From assembly GCA_045661305.1 (NCBI GenBank), contig JAZRFJ010000028.1:5234-69233 (forward strand): a stretch of 64,000 nucleotides of DNA. Reading direction: 5' to 3'. Source of the stretch: Clostridia bacterium (lineage in GTDB: Bacteria; Bacillota; Clostridia; UMGS1840). Of the stretch, positions 17,730-25,115 are shown in pieces; position 1 is the stretch's first letter; each line of letters starts with the position of its first letter. Below the pieces are notes generated by a model. That model was given only the letters and a program-made list of their open reading frames with translations. It was not told the DNA's origin and searched no databases. The translations under genes were made by a program, and so were the position numbers.

Positions 17730-18212
17730 ATGTTTAACAATTATATACCTAATTTTAAGCAAAGACCTTATGCGTTTGCAAAAATAAATGGAAGTAATGA
17801 TTACCCAAATATAAACGGGATTGCATACTTTTATAAAGTAGAATCAGGCGTAATAGTTTCCATACAACTAAAAGGTCTTCCTGTATCAGATGATATTTGT
17901 AAAAAACCAATATTTGCAGTTCATATCCACAGTGGTGGCAGTTGCACAGGCAACAGCACCGACCCTTTCGCAAACGCCATGACACACTATAATCCAAACA
18001 ATTGCAATCACCCCTACCATGCAGGCGACTTACCGCCTATATTTGGTGCGAACGGGATTGGTTTCTCTGCATTTTTAACAAATCGATTTTCTCCTGAAGA
18101 GATAATAGGAAAAACTATTATAATCCATTCCGCACCCGATGACTTTACAACTCAACCATCAGGAAATTCAGGTATGAAAATTGCTTGCGGTGTGATTTCT
18201 TCTGTATATTAG
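17730..18212 (+). CDS. sodC: Cu/Zn superoxide dismutase family protein, no signal peptide
   Basis: FAVHIHSGGSC, HYNP, NHPYHAGDLP and IIIHSAPDD give the full set of His/Asp metal ligands. I prefer the start at 17730 (RBS AGGTGA) over the GTG at 17721. Confidence 0.8.
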   Translation: MFNNYIPNFKQRPYAFAKINGSNDYPNINGIAYFYKVESGVIVSIQLKGLPVSDDICKKPIFAVHIHSGGSCTGNSTDPFANAMTHYNPNNCNHPYHAGDLPPIFGANGIGFSAFLTNRFSPEEIIGKTIIIHSAPDDFTTQPSGNSGMKIACGVISSVY

Positions 18213-18240
18213 GCGATTTTATCTTGATATACGCTTTTTG

Positions 18241-18438
18241 ATATAAAGACTGTATAATCCGGATTCCAAGCTTGTTAAATGAATTGACAACTGTCGTTGT
18301 CATGAATTGGCTACGCCATGAATTCTCGCTTTGCTCCATGAATTGAATTGCCTTTTAAATGCACGAAGTGCAATTCATGAGTCGCAAGACTCAATTCATG
18401 AAATCTTTGATTTCAATTTATGCCGAAGGCAATTCATT
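18241..18438 (+). repeat. repeat family R1, copy B
   Basis: Collinear with 15741-15936 and in the same orientation. Differences cluster in hairpin loops or are compensated in stems. Lies 29 nt downstream of the sodC stop and is followed by an 11-bp perfect hairpin at 18438-18462. Confidence 0.85.
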
Positions 18439-18514
18439 GATTTCAAGCTTTGCTTGAAATCATTATATCACCTTTGCAATAAATTGTCAATTTTTTTAAC
18501 AAAATATACACAAT

Positions 18515-18550
18515 AATGACACTCACAAAATTTATGAGTGTCATTTTATA
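18515..18550 (+). terminator. rho-independent terminator (plus-strand sense, possibly bidirectional)
   Basis: AATGACACTCA / TGAGTGTCATT stem followed by TTTATAT. Confidence 0.6.
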
Positions 18551-18564
18551 TAGATTATTAAAAC

Positions 18565-18813
18565 CTAATTCAATTCTGAAATTTTATCTATACAGCATTT
18601 ACATATTTTTTTGTTTTCAAAGTCGATAAGGTCCTCGTCTGCCCCGCAAAATAAACAAGAAATTTCATATTTTTTTATGATAACTTCTCCGTCATTTCCG
18701 ATAAAAAATTCCAAAACATCTTCCTCCGAAACATCAAGTGCTTTTCTAATCGGCTTTGGTATAAGAAGTCTTCCAAGCGGGTCGATTTGCTTTGTTATTC
18801 CTGTTGCTTTCAT
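18565..18813 (-). CDS. AbrB/MazE/SpoVT-family DNA-binding protein fused to a C-terminal CxxC...CxxC zinc-ribbon
   Basis: The N-terminus MKATGITKQIDPLGRLLIPKPIRKAL is a typical swapped-hairpin AbrB fold signature. C-terminus has CLFCG...CKCC. Start at 18813 with RBS GGAGGAAG. Confidence 0.8.
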   Translation of the reverse strand: MKATGITKQIDPLGRLLIPKPIRKALDVSEEDVLEFFIGNDGEVIIKKYEISCLFCGADEDLIDFENKKICKCCIDKISELN

Positions 18814-18865
18814 ACTTCTTCCTCCATTTTTATACATTTGTTTTCTGATTCTTTATTTTTTCTAC

Positions 18866-18894
18866 ATTATATCATGGAAAAAGAGCGATGTCAA
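18866..18894 (-). promoter_or_regulatory. near-consensus sigma-A promoter of the AbrB-like gene
   Basis: Minus strand TTGACA, 17 nt, TATAAT, with a TGa extended -10. A perfect TGTCGAA heptamer lies further upstream at 18940-18946 (minus sense). Confidence 0.65.
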
Positions 18895-18951
18895 GGATTT
18901 TGGCAAAAAAACCCAAAATATGTAATTTTTGCCACATATTTCGACAAATTT

Positions 18952-19731
18952 CTACTTTACAACTGTCTTTAAGTATGTCAAGGTTTTTGGGACAAAGTCA
19001 ATTTGCGTCAAAAAAAGTCTTTCCGAGAACGAAAAAAGCTCGTTGTGGAAAAGCTCACCGAGATTAAATTTCAAAAAAGAACTAAGCTCAGCCTCAGTTA
19101 TATACTTTATACATTTATAAGCATCAAAGCTTATTTTTTTTATGTGGTCACCCGAAACACTCATACACTCGTCACAAGAAAGAATGTTTTCAATGAAATT
19201 ATAAAAAACAAATTCGCTGTCATTAAACTTCTTCTGGCAGAACATACACTCCGACATTTCGGGAACAACACCCAGAATAACACAAAGTCTTATTTCAAAC
19301 GCAGACTTTATAAGAAGGGACGACTTAACATTATTTGAAAGTGCATATAAAGAGTTGAGAGCAAGCCTTAATATTTCTTCGTCAGGCTGTTCATAAGTAC
19401 CTGTCAACCTAACTGCCTCCAAAATATAGCAACCAACGGCAAACGCAGTAATATCCTTTTTAATATCAAAAAAATTAGTAATTATATTACATTCCCTTAC
19501 AGTATAAATCTGCTTGTTGCGTGTTAAGATATAATCTCCGTAGCAAAACATATTTATTCCTGCCATATCTTTACGCTTTAAACTTTTTGCACCGGGTGCT
19601 TTTGCGTTTATAAGTCCATATTCATCTGTATAGACAGTAAGCATTTTGTCGCCCTCGTTAATCGCAGTTTCACCGACAACAATCCCTTTTGCAGTTAAAA
19701 AGTCCAAGAAAGCACCCCCATTATGAAACAA
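18952..19731 (-). CDS. recO: DNA repair protein RecO
   Basis: 259 aa. N-terminal OB-fold pattern (KGIVVGETAINEGDKMLTVYTDEYGLINAKAPGAKS) and C-terminal CxxC...CxxC zinc motif (CMFC...CDEC). The start codon is uncertain because the TTG at 19731 sits inside the T-tract of the plsY terminator. Confidence 0.8.
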   Translation of the reverse strand: MFHNGGAFLDFLTAKGIVVGETAINEGDKMLTVYTDEYGLINAKAPGAKSLKRKDMAGINMFCYGDYILTRNKQIYTVRECNIITNFFDIKKDITAFAVGCYILEAVRLTGTYEQPDEEILRLALNSLYALSNNVKSSLLIKSAFEIRLCVILGVVPEMSECMFCQKKFNDSEFVFYNFIENILSCDECMSVSGDHIKKISFDAYKCIKYITEAELSSFLKFNLGELFHNELFSFSERLFLTQIDFVPKTLTYLKTVVK

Positions 19732-19752
19732 AAGGACGGAAATATCCGTCCT
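19725..19752 (-). terminator. hairpin plus T-tract immediately after plsY
   Basis: AGGACGGA aata TCCGTCCT (19733-19752) overlaps the plsY stop codon and is followed on the minus strand by TTTTGTTT. Confidence 0.55.
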
Positions 19753-20365
19753 ATTTTTTCTTAAACGAAATTTTATTTTCAGTTTTAGAAAGTAATCTTT
19801 TTATATTTTGATGATGACGCACTATAATCTGAAGTGCAAGAATAATTGTTGCAATTACTATAAGTACAATATGCTCCGAGCCTTTACAGAAAAACCATAC
19901 CCAGAAAGGTGCAGAAAAAGCTGCTAAAATTGAGCCGAGTGACACAAACTTTGATAAAGCGATAACTATAACACCTGTCAAAAATACGCATAGTCCTGCA
20001 AGCGGACTGAAGCAAAATACTGCTCCGCACGAAACGGTAACGCCTTTTCCGCCCTTAAATCCAAAATATACAGGATAGTTATGACCTAAGCTTGCAGTAA
20101 TTGCAGCAATATACGAAGTAGGTAAATCACGCGTAAATAAATATGCAACACCGTATGCCGCAACAGCTTTGAATGTATCCATTATAAGAACTATAACAGC
20201 AGGAAGTGTCCCTAAAGTACGAAGTGTATTCGTAGCTCCTGCATTTTTACTTCCATGCTCTCTTACATCAACTTTATAAAAAATCTTACCTATAATTATC
20301 GAAAAGTTAAGACTTCCGAACAAATAACCTACCAAAGCGGCAATAACATATAATAAATATTTCAT
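19751..20365 (-). CDS. plsY: glycerol-3-phosphate acyltransferase PlsY
   Basis: 204 aa membrane protein with GSKNAGATN and GHNYPVYFGFKGGKG motifs. Confidence 0.92.
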   Translation of the reverse strand: MKYLLYVIAALVGYLFGSLNFSIIIGKIFYKVDVREHGSKNAGATNTLRTLGTLPAVIVLIMDTFKAVAAYGVAYLFTRDLPTSYIAAITASLGHNYPVYFGFKGGKGVTVSCGAVFCFSPLAGLCVFLTGVIVIALSKFVSLGSILAAFSAPFWVWFFCKGSEHIVLIVIATIILALQIIVRHHQNIKRLLSKTENKISFKKK

Positions 20366-20380
20366 AGCATAAAGTCTCCT

Positions 20381-21712
20381 TTACAGCTTTTTCTTTTCGT
20401 TTCTTTCACGGATATAGAACTTTATAGGTGTTCCTGTATAATCAAATGCACTTCTTATCCTGTTTTCAAGATATCTTTCATAAGAAAAGTGCATCAATCT
20501 TACATCGTTTACAAATATTACAAACTGAGGGGGAGTAATATCTGATTGAACTCCGTATAAAATTTTAAGTCTTCTTCCTTTATCCGTAGGCGGCTGTACT
20601 CTTGCAGTTGCATCTGCAATGAGGTCATTTAACATACCTGTTGTAATTCTTCTTTTTGAATTTTCATAAACGCGGTCAATCATTTCAAAAATGCCTTCTA
20701 CTCTCTGTCCTGTCTTTGCTGAAATAAACATTGACGGAGCGTACATCATATATGGAAATTCTTCCATTACTTCTTTTTTCATTTCGTCCATCGTGTGAGT
20801 ATTTTTTTCAACGATATCCCATTTGTTTATAACAAATATTGAAGCTTTACCCTCGTTATGAGCATATCCTGCAATCTTTGTATCCTGTTCTGTCGGACCT
20901 TCAGTTCCGTCAATAAGAATAAGACAAACATCTGCTCTTTCAACAGCAGTATATGAGCGTAAAACAGAATATTTTTCAACCTTTTCGTTAACTCTGCTTT
21001 TTCTTCTTATTCCCGCAGTATCAATAAACAAATATTTTCTTCCGTCTTTTTCGACATAGCTGTCGATTGCATCTCTCGTTGTTCCGGGAATATTTGAAAC
21101 AATCATTCTTTCTTCGCCCAAAATACAGTTTACCAAAGAAGATTTGCCTGCATTTGGTTTTCCTACGACAGCAACCTTTATTATGTCTTCTTCCTCCTCG
21201 GAAATATCATCTGACGGAAAGCCTTTTACCACTTCGTCAAGAAGGTCACCTGTTCCCATGCCCTGAATAGCACTTATAGCAACAGGCTCACCCATTCCAA
21301 GATTGAAAAATTCGTAATATTCCATAGGTGGCTCACCCGGAGAATCGCACTTATTAACAGCAAGGACTATCGGTTTTTTAGATTTCATAAGTATCTTTGC
21401 AACTTCCTCATCATCAGGAAGAAGTCCTGTGCGAACATCTGTTAAAAATATAATTACATCAGCAGTTTCAATAGCTATTTCCGCCTGCGTACGCATCATA
21501 GCTGTTATTTCATCATCGCTGTCAGGCTCAATACCGCCTGTGTCAATAAGAAGAAAGGCTTTGTCAAGCCACTGTGCCTCGGACATTATTCTGTCTCTTG
21601 TTACACCAGGAGTATCTTCAACTATTGAAACCCTCTTCCCCACTATTCTGTTAAAAAGCTGAGATTTACCCACATTTGGGCGTCCTACTATTGCAACTAT
21701 CGGTTTTGACAT
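20381..21712 (-). CDS. der: ribosome biogenesis GTPase Der (EngA)
   Basis: Two tandem GTPase domains (GRPNVGKS and GKPNAGKS P-loops) plus a KH-like C-terminus. ATG at 21712 is preferred to the TTG at 21721. Confidence 0.95.
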   Translation of the reverse strand: MSKPIVAIVGRPNVGKSQLFNRIVGKRVSIVEDTPGVTRDRIMSEAQWLDKAFLLIDTGGIEPDSDDEITAMMRTQAEIAIETADVIIFLTDVRTGLLPDDEEVAKILMKSKKPIVLAVNKCDSPGEPPMEYYEFFNLGMGEPVAISAIQGMGTGDLLDEVVKGFPSDDISEEEEDIIKVAVVGKPNAGKSSLVNCILGEERMIVSNIPGTTRDAIDSYVEKDGRKYLFIDTAGIRRKSRVNEKVEKYSVLRSYTAVERADVCLILIDGTEGPTEQDTKIAGYAHNEGKASIFVINKWDIVEKNTHTMDEMKKEVMEEFPYMMYAPSMFISAKTGQRVEGIFEMIDRVYENSKRRITTGMLNDLIADATARVQPPTDKGRRLKILYGVQSDITPPQFVIFVNDVRLMHFSYERYLENRIRSAFDYTGTPIKFYIRERNEKKKL

Positions 21713-21743
21713 ACTTCTCAATCCTTTCTTTTCATCTTAATTC

Positions 21744-21800
21744 TTACTTTATTTTATTTAAAAATTCTTTCATATCAGCCATCGGAGTGATGGAGCGTTT
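21744..21800 (-). pseudogene. remnant of a PfkB-kinase 3' end (...MADMKEFLNKIK stop)
   Basis: The minus-strand reading ends MKEFLNKIK-stop (TAA at 21746-21744), against MKEFLDSIK-stop for the intact kinase at 21950. The 15-bp identical core TAAAAATTCTTTCAT occurs at 21759-21773 and 21965-21979. The upstream extent of the remnant is unclear. Confidence 0.45.
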
Positions 21801-21836
21801 ATAATTTGTATTAATAAATAAAACTGTATTTTTCTC

Positions 21837-21929
21837 TATAGGGGGATGGGGGAACCTTTCGGTGTTTCCCCTTTGTCCCCCTATGACCCCTATCCCCCTC
21901 CTAGCGATCGCTCAATCGCCGCGAGGCTG
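21837..21929 (+). repeat. G/C-rich structured block containing repeat family G, copy G2
   Basis: TATAGGGGGATGGGGGAACCTTTCGGTGTTTCCCC aligns with the reverse complement of 1279-1322. The block is a local GC spike in an AT-rich genome. Further hairpins are GCGAT cgctca ATCGC and GCC gcga GGC, and it contains GCGATCGC. Confidence 0.6.
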
Positions 21930-21949
21930 AATGTCTTAATTTTATATGT

Positions 21950-22825
21950 TTACTTTATACTATCTAAAAATTCTTTCATGTTACTTGGTACTGCCTCTTT
22001 GTTTGAAACAACAAATCCGCTTACCTGCGAAGCGAAGTCCATACAGGTACACAAATCGTTTCCATTAAAATATTTAAAGAGAAACGCTGCTCCAAAGCTA
22101 TCTCCTGCACCTACGGTTGAAACTACCTCAACCTTTTCTGCCTTACAAATAAGCACTTTGTCATTTTTTATATCATACGCATATGAGCCGTCTTTTCCTG
22201 CAGTAATTATTATAATTTCAAGTTTGGGGAACTTCTCTTTTAATCTTACAAAGGCATCTTTTACTCCGTATATTTCTCCAAACACAAGCTTACACACAAT
22301 TGGAAGCTCCTCATCGCTTATTTTAACGATATCGGAATTTTCAAGACATAACATTACACTTTCCTTTGAATAAAAAGGAGGTCTTATGTTAAGGTCTGTA
22401 TATATTTTCCTGATTTTCTCGCTTTTTATAACCTTTTTTATCGCATCAGTATTATGTTTCCCACGCAAAGCCAGAGTTCCGAACACCAACACATCAAATT
22501 CTTCATTTAAAGTATCAGCATCAATATAATCATAAGCTACATCATTTTTTAAATCATATGACGGAACAAAATTCTTATCAAGTGTGACATCGCATCTGCC
22601 TGTAATCTTATCATTAAGTCTTGCGATATATTTTGTGTTTATACCCATAGACTTCATTTCTTCTACTGCTTTTTTTCCTAAATCGTCTTCACCGACAGCA
22701 GACATAACAAAAGCTTCACCACCTAATAAAGAAAAGTGGGACGCTAAATTAAGCGGTGCACCGCCAATGCAAGATTTGTCAGGATAAACATCGTATAAAA
22801 CTTCTCCGAAAGATAACAACTTCAT
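21950..22825 (-). CDS. PfkB-family carbohydrate kinase (fructokinase-like)
   Basis: 291 aa with N-terminal FGEVLYDV...GGAPLN and C-terminal VSTVGAGDSFGAAF (PfkB signature 2). Confidence 0.85.
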   Translation of the reverse strand: MKLLSFGEVLYDVYPDKSCIGGAPLNLASHFSLLGGEAFVMSAVGEDDLGKKAVEEMKSMGINTKYIARLNDKITGRCDVTLDKNFVPSYDLKNDVAYDYIDADTLNEEFDVLVFGTLALRGKHNTDAIKKVIKSEKIRKIYTDLNIRPPFYSKESVMLCLENSDIVKISDEELPIVCKLVFGEIYGVKDAFVRLKEKFPKLEIIIITAGKDGSYAYDIKNDKVLICKAEKVEVVSTVGAGDSFGAAFLFKYFNGNDLCTCMDFASQVSGFVVSNKEAVPSNMKEFLDSIK

Positions 22826-22851
22826 AGCTGTTTTTCCCTTTCTTATATATT

Positions 22852-24138
22852 CTACAAATATAAATTTTTAAGTAATTCTCCACCGTCAGCCTCGCACACA
22901 ATAACCTCGCATGAAAGTGCCTTTTCAATATCCGCTTTTGTAAAATCGTCAAGTGTTACATCGCCCTGTGCACGAAACATATTTTTAGGGAGTAAAAGTT
23001 TTTCTATTTTCTTTATTTTTAACTGTTCTATAACATCTGTTGCGGTAAGTAAACCCGAAACAGTTATATTCTCACCAAAAAAGTTGTTTTTAATTTTTAT
23101 CGTTTCAATATTACTTTCAAATTTTTCATTAAAATCATCAACAAGCTTTTTCACCGTATCATACGCGGCATAGCCTGTTACAACAACTTTGTTTTCTATT
23201 TTCTTTTTTCTGTTTTTCAGACAAAATCTTTCAAGATTAAATTCATCTTTTAAAGATGCTATCATCCCAACCCCGTTTTCAATCTGCGGAAAGTCATCAT
23301 AATACTCAATATTGGGTATAGGGATTTCACCCTTTATAAAAAATTCATCTGCAGGATACACAAATCTGCAGCCTCTTTCCTTATACGAAATATCACCGTA
23401 TTTATTTATAGTGTTTATAACGCAAATACAATCTTCTTTTGTAAAAAGCTCTACTTCAGTAAGCTTTTCTCTATATTTCGTCTGTCCCATAGGAACAACT
23501 GAAACACTGTTTACACCTAAATCATATAAATCCTTTAAAGATGTTTCCAAGTGTTCTTTATCATTCCAGCCTTTGCACAAAACAATCTGTGCATTGACCG
23601 TAATATTATTATCAATAAGTCTTTTTATTTTTTCTTTTATTCCGCCTGCAAAGCGGTTATTAAGCATTTTCTTTCTCAAATCATCTTCTGTTGAATGAAC
23701 AGAAACATTAACAGGAGAAAGGTGCATTTTTATTATATTTTCAAATTCATCATCTTTCATATTTGTAAAAGTGACATAATTCCCTGTTAAAAACGACAGT
23801 CTTGTATCGTCATCCTTGAAATAAAGCGGTTCACGCATACCTTTTGGAAGCTGGTCAATAAAGCAGAAAATACATTTATTGTGACAGCTTTTCGGGTTTT
23901 CTACCATAGGACCGTTGTTTATTATCCCGATATCCTCATAGTTATTGTGTATTGTTACAATATAATTTTTGTTATCGGGTTTTAGGACATTAAGTGTTAC
24001 CTTTTTGTCACAGATTAGATATCCGTACATAAGACCATCGGTAACTTCTTTGGAATTTATATGCGTAATAAAGTCGCCTTTTCTTATATGCTTTTTATAC
24101 GCAAGGCTGTTTTTTATAACATCTTCAACATAATACAT
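22852..24138 (-). CDS. DUF512 protein (PDZ plus radical-SAM-like domain)
   Basis: 428 aa with N-terminal PDZ-like region, a CHNKCIFCF cysteine motif and a C-terminal DUF512-type region. Confidence 0.8.
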   Translation of the reverse strand: MYYVEDVIKNSLAYKKHIRKGDFITHINSKEVTDGLMYGYLICDKKVTLNVLKPDNKNYIVTIHNNYEDIGIINNGPMVENPKSCHNKCIFCFIDQLPKGMREPLYFKDDDTRLSFLTGNYVTFTNMKDDEFENIIKMHLSPVNVSVHSTEDDLRKKMLNNRFAGGIKEKIKRLIDNNITVNAQIVLCKGWNDKEHLETSLKDLYDLGVNSVSVVPMGQTKYREKLTEVELFTKEDCICVINTINKYGDISYKERGCRFVYPADEFFIKGEIPIPNIEYYDDFPQIENGVGMIASLKDEFNLERFCLKNRKKKIENKVVVTGYAAYDTVKKLVDDFNEKFESNIETIKIKNNFFGENITVSGLLTATDVIEQLKIKKIEKLLLPKNMFRAQGDVTLDDFTKADIEKALSCEVIVCEADGGELLKNLYL

Positions 24139-24150
24139 ATAAATCCCTCC

Positions 24151-24194
24151 AAAATATAAAATGACGGGGAACTTAGAACATAAGTATCCCCGTC
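24151..24194 (-). terminator. rho-independent terminator of rpmF
   Basis: GACGGGGA / TCCCCGTC stem (24163-24194) followed on the minus strand by ATTTTATATTTT. Confidence 0.7.
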
Positions 24195-24205
24195 TAGCTA
24201 AAATA

Positions 24206-24382
24206 TTAATCTACTTTAACTACTTCTCTACCTTTGTAATATCCACAAGCTTTACAAACTCTGTGTGGTAATGTCAATTCCTGACAATGTGGACATTTAA
24301 CAAGTCCCGGAACACTAAGTTTCCAATTTGCTCTTCTTTTGTCTCTTCTTGCTTTAGAAACTTTTCTCTTTGGTACAGCCAT
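24206..24382 (-). CDS. rpmF: 50S ribosomal protein L32
   Basis: Not in the ORF track (58 aa). The minus strand translates to [58 protein letters not shown]. Canonical L32 N-terminus and CxxC...CxxC. Confidence 0.95.
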   Translation of the reverse strand: MAVPKRKVSKARRDKRRANWKLSVPGLVKCPHCQELTLPHRVCKACGYYKGREVVKVD

Positions 24383-24430
24383 TTTCTACACCTCCTGAGT
24401 GTATATAATAATTTTTTAAACAAATGTAAG

Positions 24431-24946
24431 TTAGTTTTTGAAAAAGTCCTTCAATTTCTCAAGTCTTGGGTCAATTTCATCATCGGTGCAATCACAAGTC
24501 TTAAAGTTAAGATTTAAGCCGCATTTTGAACATAAACCCTTGCAGTCATCTTTACAGATATGTTTTTCAAGTGTAAGCTGATATATATATTTAAAAATCG
24601 CTTCAACTAAAAAAACCTTATTCCCTGCATATGAAATATACTCATCAGCCTCAAAATCTGAATTTTCTTTTGCTATAACCTCGTCAATTTCAAGACAAAA
24701 TTCCTTAGTGAAATCGTCTAAACAACGGTCGCAAGCAAAATATAATAAAAAGCTTACAGTACCTTTCAAAAACAAGTTGCCCGACAGATTTGTAATATTT
24801 CCACTTAAAGACACATCGCTTGCAAGCGGAAGCGTTCTTTCAACCTCATAAAAAACTTCTTTCGGGTAAGTTTTGTTAACGTCCAAAACTGCCCCCTCAG
24901 CCTTTGTTATAGAGGACAGGTCAATATATAAAGCATTATCTTGCAT
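24431..24946 (-). CDS. yceD: YceD/DUF177 family ribosome-maturation protein
   Basis: 171 aa with CDRC...CKGLCSKCG zinc motif. The conserved position directly upstream of rpmF fits. Confidence 0.85.
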   Translation of the reverse strand: MQDNALYIDLSSITKAEGAVLDVNKTYPKEVFYEVERTLPLASDVSLSGNITNLSGNLFLKGTVSFLLYFACDRCLDDFTKEFCLEIDEVIAKENSDFEADEYISYAGNKVFLVEAIFKYIYQLTLEKHICKDDCKGLCSKCGLNLNFKTCDCTDDEIDPRLEKLKDFFKN

Positions 24947-25031
24947 AATTTACCTCCCCATTCAATAAAAGAACTGTTAATCTTGTTAATCTAAGTTGAA
25001 AAAATTAACAACTGACAGACATACAACTAAT

Positions 25032-25060
25032 ATAATACATAATTTTTGCCATTTTGTCAA
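25032..25060 (-). promoter_or_regulatory. sigma-A type promoter of yceD-rpmF
   Basis: Minus strand TTGACA (25060-25055), 17 nt, TATTAT (25037-25032). Confidence 0.55.
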
Positions 25061-25115
25061 GAGTTTTTTTGAAAAAACTTATCAAATAGACTATTTTACG
25101 ACCAAAAAACCAAAT

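Noticed and set aside
21846-22373. 175-aa plus-strand ORF beginning MGEPFGVSPLSPYDPYPPPSD
   Set aside because: Its Pro-rich start is simply the translation of the G/C-rich repeat block. The remainder runs antisense through the well-supported PfkB kinase gene. It has no RBS and a low-complexity composition.
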